Below are positions 56,650 through 64,000 of a stretch of 64,000 nucleotides of DNA, in pieces. The DNA is from Spirochaetia bacterium. Its GTDB lineage: Bacteria; Spirochaetota; Spirochaetia; DSM-16054; Sediminispirochaetaceae. The stretch covers positions 992,001 through 1,056,000 of the forward strand of contig JAXHMY010000001.1 of the NCBI GenBank assembly GCA_034520965.1, written 5' to 3'. The position numbers and the translations under genes are program-made. The notes under the pieces are model-generated. The model was given only the letters and a program-made list of their open reading frames with translations, was not told the DNA's origin and did not search any database. Position 1 is the stretch's first letter, and each line of letters starts with the position of its first letter.

Positions 56650-58188
56650 ATGAAAAACGGCGACAAACTCACCTGGATAGGGACAGCATGTGCGGTATTT
56701 GTATTCGGGCTGGTGGTAGCCTTCACCCCCCGAGTAGAAGCCGAACAGTCCGATCAGGCTACGCAGCAGTATATTGACCGCATTCAATACGCATTTAATT
56801 TTATTCTGCAGAATTATGTTGAAGAAATTCCCCCCGAGCAGCTTTATGAGGGGGCAATGGAGGGGCTGTTTGAAAGTCTGGACGACCCCTACTCTTATTA
56901 TCTGACCGCAAGTGATATGGAGGACCTCACCGACACTACCACCGGTAAATTCGGCGGGGTGGGTCTGTATATCAGCAAGCCTGCTGAGGCCGAAAGTGAC
57001 CCACAGGCTGATAACGGAAGGGATGCCTTCATCAAGGTGGTTGCTCCAATTGAGGATACCCCTGCCTACCGGGCGGGCATCCACGCCGGGGACTACATCA
57101 CAAAAATCGAGGACGAGTCTACCAAGAAACTCACCGTAGACGATGTGGTCGACCGCTTGAGGGGTGAACCCGGCAGTACCGTTACCGTGACCATCCTGCG
57201 GGGCAAGGACATTACCTTCGATGTGGATATCACCCGCGCCATCATAGAGATTCCTACAGTCAAACATTCCATGATCCATGATACTATCGGATACATCCGT
57301 ATTATTCAGTTTACCCCTTATACCGACGACCGTGTCCAAGAGGCGCTGCGCGAGTTTAAGCAGCAGAATTACTCAAAACTTATCATAGATGTGCGTCAGA
57401 ATCCCGGCGGCCTGCTAACCTCGGTTACCGACACCGTCGATCTGATTCAATCGGAGGGAACCATTGTAAGTACCCGTTCCCGGATAGCCCAGGAAAACGA
57501 AGTGTTCAACGCAGATCCTGCTCGCGAGGTAGCCCCCGATATACCCATCGTGGTGCTGATAGACCAGGGGTCCGCTTCTGCCTCGGAAATTTTGGCCGGA
57601 GCGCTGAAAGATACCGGACGGGGGGTGCTGATAGGTCAAACCAGTTTTGGAAAAGGGTCGGTACAGAAAATCATTCCCTTTGGTCGCAGCGGTTTCAAAC
57701 TGACTATCTCCCGCTATTATACCCCCAGCGGGGTGAATATCGACAAGGTGGGGATCGACCCGGACGTTGAGGTCAAGGAACCGGAGCTTACCGAAGAGGA
57801 CAACGACGATCTGAAACAGATTTTCGAGAAACGGCTGCTTTCCAAGTTTGTTGATGAGAACCCGGAAGCCTCGGAAAGCGAAAAAGAGGCCTTTGTGGAG
57901 CGGCTGCGAAGTGAATACAATATAAAAATAGAAGAGCGGGTACTGCGCAGGCTGCTGCGAAACGAGTTTCAGCGGCGTATGGATTTTCCGCCGGTGTACG
58001 ACCTCGAATACGACCAGCCCCTGCAGAAAGCCGTAGAGATGCTGGAAGAGGGCAGTATCTCTGAGATGATAGACGAGGCCCGAAAAAACGCTCCCGCCGG
58101 CGGCTCAGCTGCCGAGGGGGCGATCAACTTCGATCTGTTCGATTTTCCCGCAACAGGAACAGAGAGAAAGGAGAAGCCTAAGCCATGA
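56650..58188 (+). CDS. ctpA: Carboxyl-terminal processing protease (S41A)
   Basis: LDDPYS, GKFGGVG PDZ, DVRQNPGG, SASASEILAGAL, SFGKGSVQ, YYTPSG. Confidence 0.95.
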   Translation: MKNGDKLTWIGTACAVFVFGLVVAFTPRVEAEQSDQATQQYIDRIQYAFNFILQNYVEEIPPEQLYEGAMEGLFESLDDPYSYYLTASDMEDLTDTTTGKFGGVGLYISKPAEAESDPQADNGRDAFIKVVAPIEDTPAYRAGIHAGDYITKIEDESTKKLTVDDVVDRLRGEPGSTVTVTILRGKDITFDVDITRAIIEIPTVKHSMIHDTIGYIRIIQFTPYTDDRVQEALREFKQQNYSKLIIDVRQNPGGLLTSVTDTVDLIQSEGTIVSTRSRIAQENEVFNADPAREVAPDIPIVVLIDQGSASASEILAGALKDTGRGVLIGQTSFGKGSVQKIIPFGRSGFKLTISRYYTPSGVNIDKVGIDPDVEVKEPELTEEDNDDLKQIFEKRLLSKFVDENPEASESEKEAFVERLRSEYNIKIEERVLRRLLRNEFQRRMDFPPVYDLEYDQPLQKAVEMLEEGSISEMIDEARKNAPAGGSAAEGAINFDLFDFPATGTERKEKPKP

Positions 58189-58583
58189 CCCACACTACCC
58201 TCACGATACGAACCGGAGCTCATACCGAGCTTAACGACATCAGCTCTCAGGTGGCCAAGGCGGTACGCGACAGCGGAGTTCAAGAGGGCCGCTGCAGCGT
58301 GTACATACCGCACACCACCTGTGGGGTAACCATCAATGAAAACGCCGACCCCTCGGTAAAAAAGGACATTCTAAAAGAGCTGAATAAGGTTATCCCTCTG
58401 GATGACGGGTATTCCCACATGGAGGGCAATTCCGCCGCTCACATCAAATCTTCGCTAATGGGCTTTAGTGTCACTATTCCGGTCAGTGGTGGACGGATGA
58501 TGCTGGGCACCTGGCAGGGGGTCTACCTCTGCGAGTTCGACGGCCCCCGCAGCCGCAAGGCCATTGTTTCGGTTGGCGATTAG
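58185..58583 (+). CDS. yjbQ: YjbQ / UPF0047 family protein
   Basis: PHTTCGVTINENADP, HMEGNSAAHIK, LGTWQGVYLCEFDGPR. Confidence 0.93.
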   Translation: MTHTTLTIRTGAHTELNDISSQVAKAVRDSGVQEGRCSVYIPHTTCGVTINENADPSVKKDILKELNKVIPLDDGYSHMEGNSAAHIKSSLMGFSVTIPVSGGRMMLGTWQGVYLCEFDGPRSRKAIVSVGD

Positions 58584-58591
58584 GCATAAAG

Positions 58592-59485
58592 GTGCGCCGT
58601 TATCTGCTGCCCCCGGAAGCTGCCGTTGACGACCCGCCTTCCAGGCTTGTTCTGGAGGGGGAGGAGTTCCACTACCTTGCCCATGTGCTGCGCTATGGAA
58701 CCGGCAGCCGTTTTGAGGCAATCGACCGCAGGGGACGTCGATATCAGGCAGAAATAACCGCATGCATGCCCCGCTCGCTGGAACTTGAACTGGAACTCCA
58801 GCCAGGGCTCACATCGGAGCCGGAAGTGGAACCCGAACCGGCTGCAACCCCGGCCCCGGGGCCGGGAGTGGGGCTCACATCGGAGCCGGGTGGAGTGAGG
58901 CTGCAGCCGGGGTTCCAGCCCACCTACTATCTGTACCAGGCACTGCTGAAGGGTAAAAAGATGGATGCTGTTATTCGGCAGGCGGCGGCGGCCGGAGTTG
59001 AACACATTATCCCCTTGGAAACAGAGCGGACCGTGGCCAAGCTGGAGCAGGGGCGGGAACAGAAAAAATATGCCCGCTGGGAGGCTCTGGTGAAAGAGGC
59101 GGTACAGCAGAGCGGCAGCAAGGTCATTCCCCAAATTCATCCAACCGCGCCGCTGCGGGATGTGAAAAAAAAGTGCCCAGCTACAACTTTAAGACTCATT
59201 TTTCATGAGGTACCCCTTGAAAAGGCTTCACTTCACAGGTATCTTTCCAGTTGCCCGCAACAGGTAGCACTTTTTATAGGTCCGGAGGGGGGCTTTTCGC
59301 CGGATGAGCTTGCGCTGCTGCACAGTTACGACTGCCGACCGGTGCATCTGCCCACCAATGTACTCCGGGCTGAGACTGCCGCCATTTATGCGATCGGGGC
59401 TATTCAAACAATTGTAGGGGAGAGGGAGCAGTGGAAACACGTACCCCAATTTCCGGAAACGACGGACACAGCCGCATCTCAGTAA
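58592..59485 (+). CDS. rsmE: 16S rRNA m3U1498 methyltransferase
   Basis: HYLAHVLR, EAVQQSG, IGPEGGFS, VLRAETA; contains a Pro/Glu-rich insertion. Confidence 0.93.
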   Translation: MRRYLLPPEAAVDDPPSRLVLEGEEFHYLAHVLRYGTGSRFEAIDRRGRRYQAEITACMPRSLELELELQPGLTSEPEVEPEPAATPAPGPGVGLTSEPGGVRLQPGFQPTYYLYQALLKGKKMDAVIRQAAAAGVEHIIPLETERTVAKLEQGREQKKYARWEALVKEAVQQSGSKVIPQIHPTAPLRDVKKKCPATTLRLIFHEVPLEKASLHRYLSSCPQQVALFIGPEGGFSPDELALLHSYDCRPVHLPTNVLRAETAAIYAIGAIQTIVGEREQWKHVPQFPETTDTAASQ

Positions 59486-60198
59486 TCGGTGTACCCGTCG
59501 ATGTACTTCCGGAAAAGGATATTGAAGAGACAGTACGAAACTATCTCGATGAGCAGGGAAAGCATCAAATTGTGTTCCTGACTCTATGGGATTTACTCCG
59601 AGCCCGCGGGAACAGCGACTTTGCCAGCACGGTGCGTGAGGCCGGATTAGTTATTCCAACTTCAAAAAGCATTCAAAAGGCAGCCCGTTTTCTGAAAACA
59701 AGGGAGCCGGTTCGTTATATGCCTTTTGCATTTGTAATCCGCCTGCTGGGGGTACTGGAAAAGCACGGAAAAAGTGTGTATCTGGTTGGGCTTCGACCCG
59801 AGGCCCTGCACATCGCATCGGGGAACCTGCGGGACAGCTTTCCCGGCCTGCAGATAGTAGGGCGCTATGCCGGTTATTTCTCGGATGAGCGGGAGGAGGA
59901 TGTAGTGACGGCCATCAAAAAGGCCGGTCCTTCCCTGGTGCTGGCCGGCCCCGGTGTGAAAAATGGAAGGTTATGGTTCCGTAAGCACCGAAAAGAGATG
60001 CCGGTTGGCCTGTCTCTATGGTGCGGTGAGTGTTTTGACATTTTCAGCGGCAAACGGGAAAAACCGGCGGAAAAGAGCTGGAACCGCGGAACCTATTGGG
60101 TGCGGGATCTCATCCGACGGCCATGGACTATTTTACGGGTATTCTATTACAGTTATTTCCTACTGCTGCTGTTGTTTTATCGGATAAAAAGCTCCTGA
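59431..60198 (+). CDS. WecB/TagA/CpsF-family glycosyltransferase (divergent)
   Basis: IGVPVD, SVYLVG, FPGLQIVGRYAGYF, FDIFSG, ..RPW. Confidence 0.85.
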   Translation: METRTPISGNDGHSRISVIGVPVDVLPEKDIEETVRNYLDEQGKHQIVFLTLWDLLRARGNSDFASTVREAGLVIPTSKSIQKAARFLKTREPVRYMPFAFVIRLLGVLEKHGKSVYLVGLRPEALHIASGNLRDSFPGLQIVGRYAGYFSDEREEDVVTAIKKAGPSLVLAGPGVKNGRLWFRKHRKEMPVGLSLWCGECFDIFSGKREKPAEKSWNRGTYWVRDLIRRPWTILRVFYYSYFLLLLLFYRIKSS

Positions 60199-60214
60199 GG
60201 GGCCCCTTCAGCAT

Positions 60215-60260
60215 TGAGAGCCTGAGAGCCTGAGAGCCTGCGGGCCTGAGGGCTGAGGCT
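60215..60260. repeat. 8-bp tandem repeat (TGAGAGCC), 3 exact plus 3 degenerate units
   Basis: Read directly between two convergent genes. Confidence 0.8.
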
Positions 60261-60272
60261 CTACGGCGGGGA

Positions 60273-60722
60273 TTACAGTTCGTACAATTTTAAATATTCA
60301 TACAGTTCTTTGAAGCGGTCTTCCATCGACCCGGCCACCGCACGCCCAATTGCCCGGCGCAGGCCCGGCAGCAGCAGAAACAGTCCCAGCACATCGCCGA
60401 CAAAGCCGGGAGTAATTAGCAGGACCGCAGCTACCAGCAATCCGGCCATTTCAAAAAACTCGATCCCCGGATAGTAGCCGTCTTTGATCCGTCCGTGCAT
60501 AGTATCAAGCACAGCCCGGATTATCCAAAAAGTGAATAACAGCCCAAGAAGGCCGGTTGCAGTAACCAGCACCAACAGCACATACTTTGGCACAAGCTCC
60601 ACCAACTGCAGCAGCACATACATATCCGCTATCGGTATGAGTGAGAGCAGCAGGATTATATAGAGCAGCCGTAAAATAAAGCCACTGTCTAAAAAGCGCA
60701 TTAATGAACGAATTTCTAACAT
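60273..60722 (-). CDS. fxsA: FxsA-family membrane protein
   Basis: IPIADMY, TGLLG, LLITPGFVGDVLG. Start is 60722 or 60701. Confidence 0.85.
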   Translation of the reverse strand: MLEIRSLMRFLDSGFILRLLYIILLLSLIPIADMYVLLQLVELVPKYVLLVLVTATGLLGLLFTFWIIRAVLDTMHGRIKDGYYPGIEFFEMAGLLVAAVLLITPGFVGDVLGLFLLLPGLRRAIGRAVAGSMEDRFKELYEYLKLYEL

Positions 60723-60769
60723 ACCTATAAAAATATCACAGAGATTACGCAGACACAAGTATGCCTCCC

Positions 60770-60806
60770 GGATAGTGCAATGCACTATTCAAACTGAGGA
60801 GTGCTG
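60770..60806. mobile_element. Truncated fragment of the double-hairpin MITE
   Basis: GGATAGTGCAATGCACTATTCAAACTGAGGAGTGCTG matches the last 37 bp of copy 1 (6909-6945) with few mismatches. Confidence 0.78.
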
Positions 60807-60917
60807 TCCCGGGTATTACTACCGGCGAGAATTTTCGCCGACAAACTCTCCAAATGAATATTCACCTTGCAGATTATATCTCCTACTATAGGAATATATA
60901 AAAAAAAGGGAAAGCGA

Positions 60918-62066
60918 GTGTCCAAAATTTTGTATGTTGATGCTCATGCCCCGAGCCATGAGTTGCTGCGAAATACCTTTCCATACCTCACTATTTATTC
61001 TGCCTATTCAATTAGTGAGGGTCTTACTACAATCGGCAGCATAAAACCCGACCTTATTCTTACCGAAATCGATTTTCCCGGCGAGAAGGGGTTCTCACTG
61101 TTAGAGCAGCTGGTCCAGCACTCCCCGCGGCGGCCGGTGGTGGTTTTAAGTACGCTGGACTCCACCCCAAATGTGGTGCGGGCCCTGCATATTGGAGCAG
61201 AACACTTTTTCTCCAAACCCTTCGTTCCTGGACAGCTGTGCCGGCATGTTCACGAGCTGCTGGCTCTGATGTATCCTCTGCAGCAGCAGATACCGAAGGA
61301 GGAAAACGGGAACGATATCTCCAGCCCTCTGGATGCGCTTACGGGCTGTTCCGAGGCCCTGTTTCAGCTTAAACACTCGCTGCGTCTGTTTGCTGCGGCG
61401 GATGCGCCGGTTTTGATCACCGGTGAAAGCGGGAGCGGGAAAGAGCTGGTTGCCCAGACCCTGCATAAACTCTCTCCCCGCTGTAATGGCCCTTATAAAA
61501 CGGTGCATTGCGGGGCAATTCCTATGAGCCTGCTGGAAGCAGAGCTCTACGGTTGCGAGCCGGGTGCCTTCACCGGGTCGATCCGGCGGCCGGGCCATTT
61601 CGAGCAGGCCCATCAGGGAAGTCTGTTTCTCGATGAAATTGCCGAGATGTCCCCCGCCGGACAGATGAAACTGCTGCGTATTATTGAAGCGCAGCAGGTG
61701 ACCAGAATCGGAGGAAGGCGCCCCATTCCTATCAGTGTAAGGATTATATGTGCAACGAATCGGGATATAACCGAGCTTGTATCGCAGGGGAGCTTCCGGG
61801 CCGATCTTTATTTCAGGATTCACACGCTGCCGATCAACCTGCCGCCGCTAAGAGCCAGAAAAGAGGATATTGCCCCCCTGTCGCTGCAATTTTTACGACA
61901 GCAGCAGAGCTGCCTGGAAAACCCTATTTCCTACTCCGCCTTGATAAAACTCACCCAATACGACTGGCCGGGAAATGTAAGGGAGTTGCGGAACACCCTG
62001 CAGTTAGCCATGGTCCTGTCCCGGGGAGAAGTAATTCAGGCAGAACACATTCGAGTGGCTTATTAA
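60918..62066 (+). CDS. Atypical sigma54-dependent activator (receiver plus AAA+, no C-terminal HTH)
   Basis: Receiver-like N-terminus, GESGSGKE, ELYG..PGAFTGS, LFLDEI, RIICATN, FRADLYFR, WPGNVREL; ends about 25 aa later. Confidence 0.88.
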   Translation: MSKILYVDAHAPSHELLRNTFPYLTIYSAYSISEGLTTIGSIKPDLILTEIDFPGEKGFSLLEQLVQHSPRRPVVVLSTLDSTPNVVRALHIGAEHFFSKPFVPGQLCRHVHELLALMYPLQQQIPKEENGNDISSPLDALTGCSEALFQLKHSLRLFAAADAPVLITGESGSGKELVAQTLHKLSPRCNGPYKTVHCGAIPMSLLEAELYGCEPGAFTGSIRRPGHFEQAHQGSLFLDEIAEMSPAGQMKLLRIIEAQQVTRIGGRRPIPISVRIICATNRDITELVSQGSFRADLYFRIHTLPINLPPLRARKEDIAPLSLQFLRQQQSCLENPISYSALIKLTQYDWPGNVRELRNTLQLAMVLSRGEVIQAEHIRVAY

Positions 62067-62097
62067 GCTTATTATTAAGCTTATTATTAAGCTTATT
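62058..62097. repeat. 12-bp tandem repeat (AAGCTTATTATT) at a convergent gene junction
   Basis: GCTTATTAAGCTTATTATTAAGCTTATTATTAAGCTTATT spans both stop codons. Confidence 0.8.
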
Positions 62098-62623
62098 GAA
62101 TAACCCTTACTTCAACTGCCTGGAGGACAGGAAAACGGTTGCCCTGCTGGTCCTGGCCATAGCCAAGGTAGCGGCCTATCAGCAGCACATGGGAGTGCAG
62201 GGGGATCTCGTTGGCTGAGGTCTCACGGCTGCGGGGTTTGGGTACTGTTCCATAAAACTTCGGCCCCCGCAGCTGGGCATAGCAGCGGTACAGCTGCAGC
62301 TCTTCGCCATCTACCCACTCTCCGGAAGATAGTTCCAGAATGCCCAGATAATCCTGTTCATCCTCATTCACCAGCTGGCGGGAGGAGACAATTCCATTGA
62401 TCATAAGGTACCGGTCTTTGGGGATTGCCTCTGTATCACCGGCCACCACTTGTGCTGCCAGGCGATCCAAGGTTAAATCGAAGGCCACTACCTCTTCAAA
62501 CATGGGCAGCACCGGCGGCGCCTGTTCAGACTGCTCCTGTGCCGTCAAGACCGCCGGCACACACGAGAGAAAAACCGTCAACATAATACCCATAAAACTT
62601 GAAAATACGATATCGGACCGCAT
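62093..62623 (-). CDS. Hypothetical exported protein (possible OB-fold)
   Basis: Signal-like N-terminus; GAGG RBS and TTGACC-17-TACAAT promoter upstream. Confidence 0.75.
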   Translation of the reverse strand: MRSDIVFSSFMGIMLTVFLSCVPAVLTAQEQSEQAPPVLPMFEEVVAFDLTLDRLAAQVVAGDTEAIPKDRYLMINGIVSSRQLVNEDEQDYLGILELSSGEWVDGEELQLYRCYAQLRGPKFYGTVPKPRSRETSANEIPLHSHVLLIGRYLGYGQDQQGNRFPVLQAVEVRVIQ

Positions 62624-62914
62624 AAAGTACCTCTTTTCACATCAGCAATCATACTGATTGTATGGCTTTATCATGGAGCGGTCAAGTTTAGGAGAAATCT
62701 ATTTGATTTTTTACGAATTAATGTCGATATCTCTAGAGTAAATGTAGTGGAAAAGTGGAACACTGCAGCGGGTAATCAGACTAACTTATTTATACGGAGT
62801 AAAAATAAAGAGCGGAGAACTGACCACTTTTTCAGGAGAAAGGTTTGACAAAATATGATTACCTGAATAAGATTGTAGTGACCGTGAGAAAGTATCGTAC
62901 GATAGAGAGGTTTC

Positions 62915-63466
62915 ATGAATAACAACGATATAGTAGAAGGCTTTGACGATGAAAAAGACGATAGCCTTAAAATACGTCTTGAAAAAATCGATAAAGTTGA
63001 AGGCTGCCTCGTATTGTATCTGACCGGATACATCGATACCTATAACTCAAATTTCTTTCAGAAGAGAGTCAGTAAAGCTGTCGAGAACGGATTCTCCCGG
63101 CTTATCTTTAACTGTGCGGGGCTCAACTACGTGTCCAGTACAGGAATCGGCTCGTTTACGGCATTCCTGAAGGCTGTAAAACCGCGGGGCGGAGACATCG
63201 TTCTTCTGGACATTCAGCCAAAAGTGTACGAAGTATTCCAGCTGCTGGGGTTCTCTCAATTCTTTAACATAAAAGATAACCTGCAAGAAGCTATAGAGTT
63301 CTTCAACTCCGCCGGAAAAACCGGTTCGACAGATGTCTTTCCTAAAATATTCAAATGCCCTATCTGTTCAAAAAAGCTGAAGGCTACGAAACCCGGGCGT
63401 TTCCGCTGCAGCGAATGCAAAACCATTTTAGCGATCGACAATTCCGGACAGGTCTTTCTAGGTTAG
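62915..63466 (+). CDS. STAS-domain anti-sigma factor antagonist with C-terminal Zn ribbon
   Basis: LTGYIDTYN, LNYVSSTGIG, VFQLLGF, then CPIC...CSEC; promoter TTGACA-17-TAAGAT. Confidence 0.9.
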   Translation: MNNNDIVEGFDDEKDDSLKIRLEKIDKVEGCLVLYLTGYIDTYNSNFFQKRVSKAVENGFSRLIFNCAGLNYVSSTGIGSFTAFLKAVKPRGGDIVLLDIQPKVYEVFQLLGFSQFFNIKDNLQEAIEFFNSAGKTGSTDVFPKIFKCPICSKKLKATKPGRFRCSECKTILAIDNSGQVFLG

Positions 63467-63502
63467 CATTCGTACCCATTTCAGTAAGGGGAGAGTGCAT
63501 TT

Positions 63503-63880
63503 ATGAACAAAATTGAAGGCTACCTCATCAATCTCGGTTTGACCTACGCAGAAATTAGTGAAAATACCTGGATGCTCAACGATCCGCAAAGCGGGCTTGA
63601 ACAAGTGGTGATAGCGGTAAATGAACCACTGGTCATTGTGCGGGTGAAGGTAATGAACGTTCCCCAGACTAATCGTGAAGCGTTTTTCCTTAAACTCCTG
63701 CAGCTAAACGGTTCAGATCTCATCCATGGGGCCTATGCAGTAGTTGAAAACGACGTTATTTTAATAGATACATTAAACTACGAAACTATGGATTTAGAAG
63801 ACTTCCAGGCTACTCTTGATGCAATGAGTCTTGCTCTCACCGAGCATTACTCGCTGCTCTCCAGCTTCCGAACACCATAG
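63503..63880 (+). CDS. CesT/YbjN-like (type III chaperone fold) protein
   Basis: Small acidic protein with KLLQLNGSDLIHGAYAV motif, directly upstream of pspA. Confidence 0.75.
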   Translation: MNKIEGYLINLGLTYAEISENTWMLNDPQSGLEQVVIAVNEPLVIVRVKVMNVPQTNREAFFLKLLQLNGSDLIHGAYAVVENDVILIDTLNYETMDLEDFQATLDAMSLALTEHYSLLSSFRTP

Positions 63881-63900
63881 TAGTATACAGAGGAATAAGC

Positions 63901-64000
63901 ATGGGATTTTTTGAAAGATTCAGGCGCATGATAAAAAGCAACCTCAACCAGATGATCAGTCGGGCGGAGGATCCGGAAAAAATGCTGAATCAGCTGATCA
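63901..64000 (+). CDS. pspA: PspA/IM30 family protein (5' end only)
   Basis: Manual translation MGFFERFRRMIKSNLNQMISRAEDPEKMLNQLI; GAGGA RBS. Confidence 0.9.
   Translation, partial: MGFFERFRRMIKSNLNQMISRAEDPEKMLNQLI

Noticed and set aside
1..64000. tRNA, rRNA, tmRNA, T-box or prophage genes
   Set aside because: No cloverleaf or rRNA-like stretches were seen in the short intergenic gaps, the proS leader is too short for a T-box, and no phage structural or integrase ORFs were recognised.

Overview
Chromosomal window from a bacterium that is most likely a free-living spirochaete (Spirochaetia). The evidence is a DUF2259-type secreted protein, a FapA/DUF342 protein, and the rsmE-ctpA-hypothetical-MinD-like ATPase-lgt gene order I recall from other spirochaetes. 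Gene content in order: LysE/AzlCD exporters; a complete citrate lyase operon (citC-D-E-F-X-G); proS; a VapBC toxin-antitoxin pair; an 8-gene Fur-led 'orange protein (ORP)-like' metal/Fe-S cluster (Fur, DUF5320, 2x NifB/NifX, 2x MinD-type 4Fe-4S ATPases, Mrp, ARMT1/DUF89); class II photolyase; a carotenoid glycoside-ester cluster (GT2, CrtO-like, crtB, CrtD/CrtI-family, cruF, crtE) split by a second toxin-antitoxin pair; gpmI; CDF transporter; PAS-GGDEF-EAL protein; aminopeptidase P; Feo system; RpoS-like sigma factor; GH36 alpha-galactosidase; lgt-FapA-MinD; an IS; ctpA-yjbQ-rsmE-WecB; fxsA; an atypical sigma54 activator; and STAS-CesT-pspA. No rRNA, tRNA or CRISPR array was recognised. The most notable signals read directly from the DNA are: (1) a ~141-bp double-hairpin MITE/REPIN-like family with exact 9-bp target-site duplications and compensatory stem changes; (2) an intact-looking IS1-like element with self-palindromic ends, a TTAA/TA target and an apparent Asn at the third catalytic position; (3) a Fur homologue lacking its regulatory His ligands and carrying an RGG-rich tail, heading the ORP-like operon under a near-perfect Fur box; (4) two orphan 3' gene remnants bracketing the photolyase block. 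Six small frameshifts, one in essential proS, suggest assembly indel errors. All family assignments come from motif recognition by eye, not from database searches.
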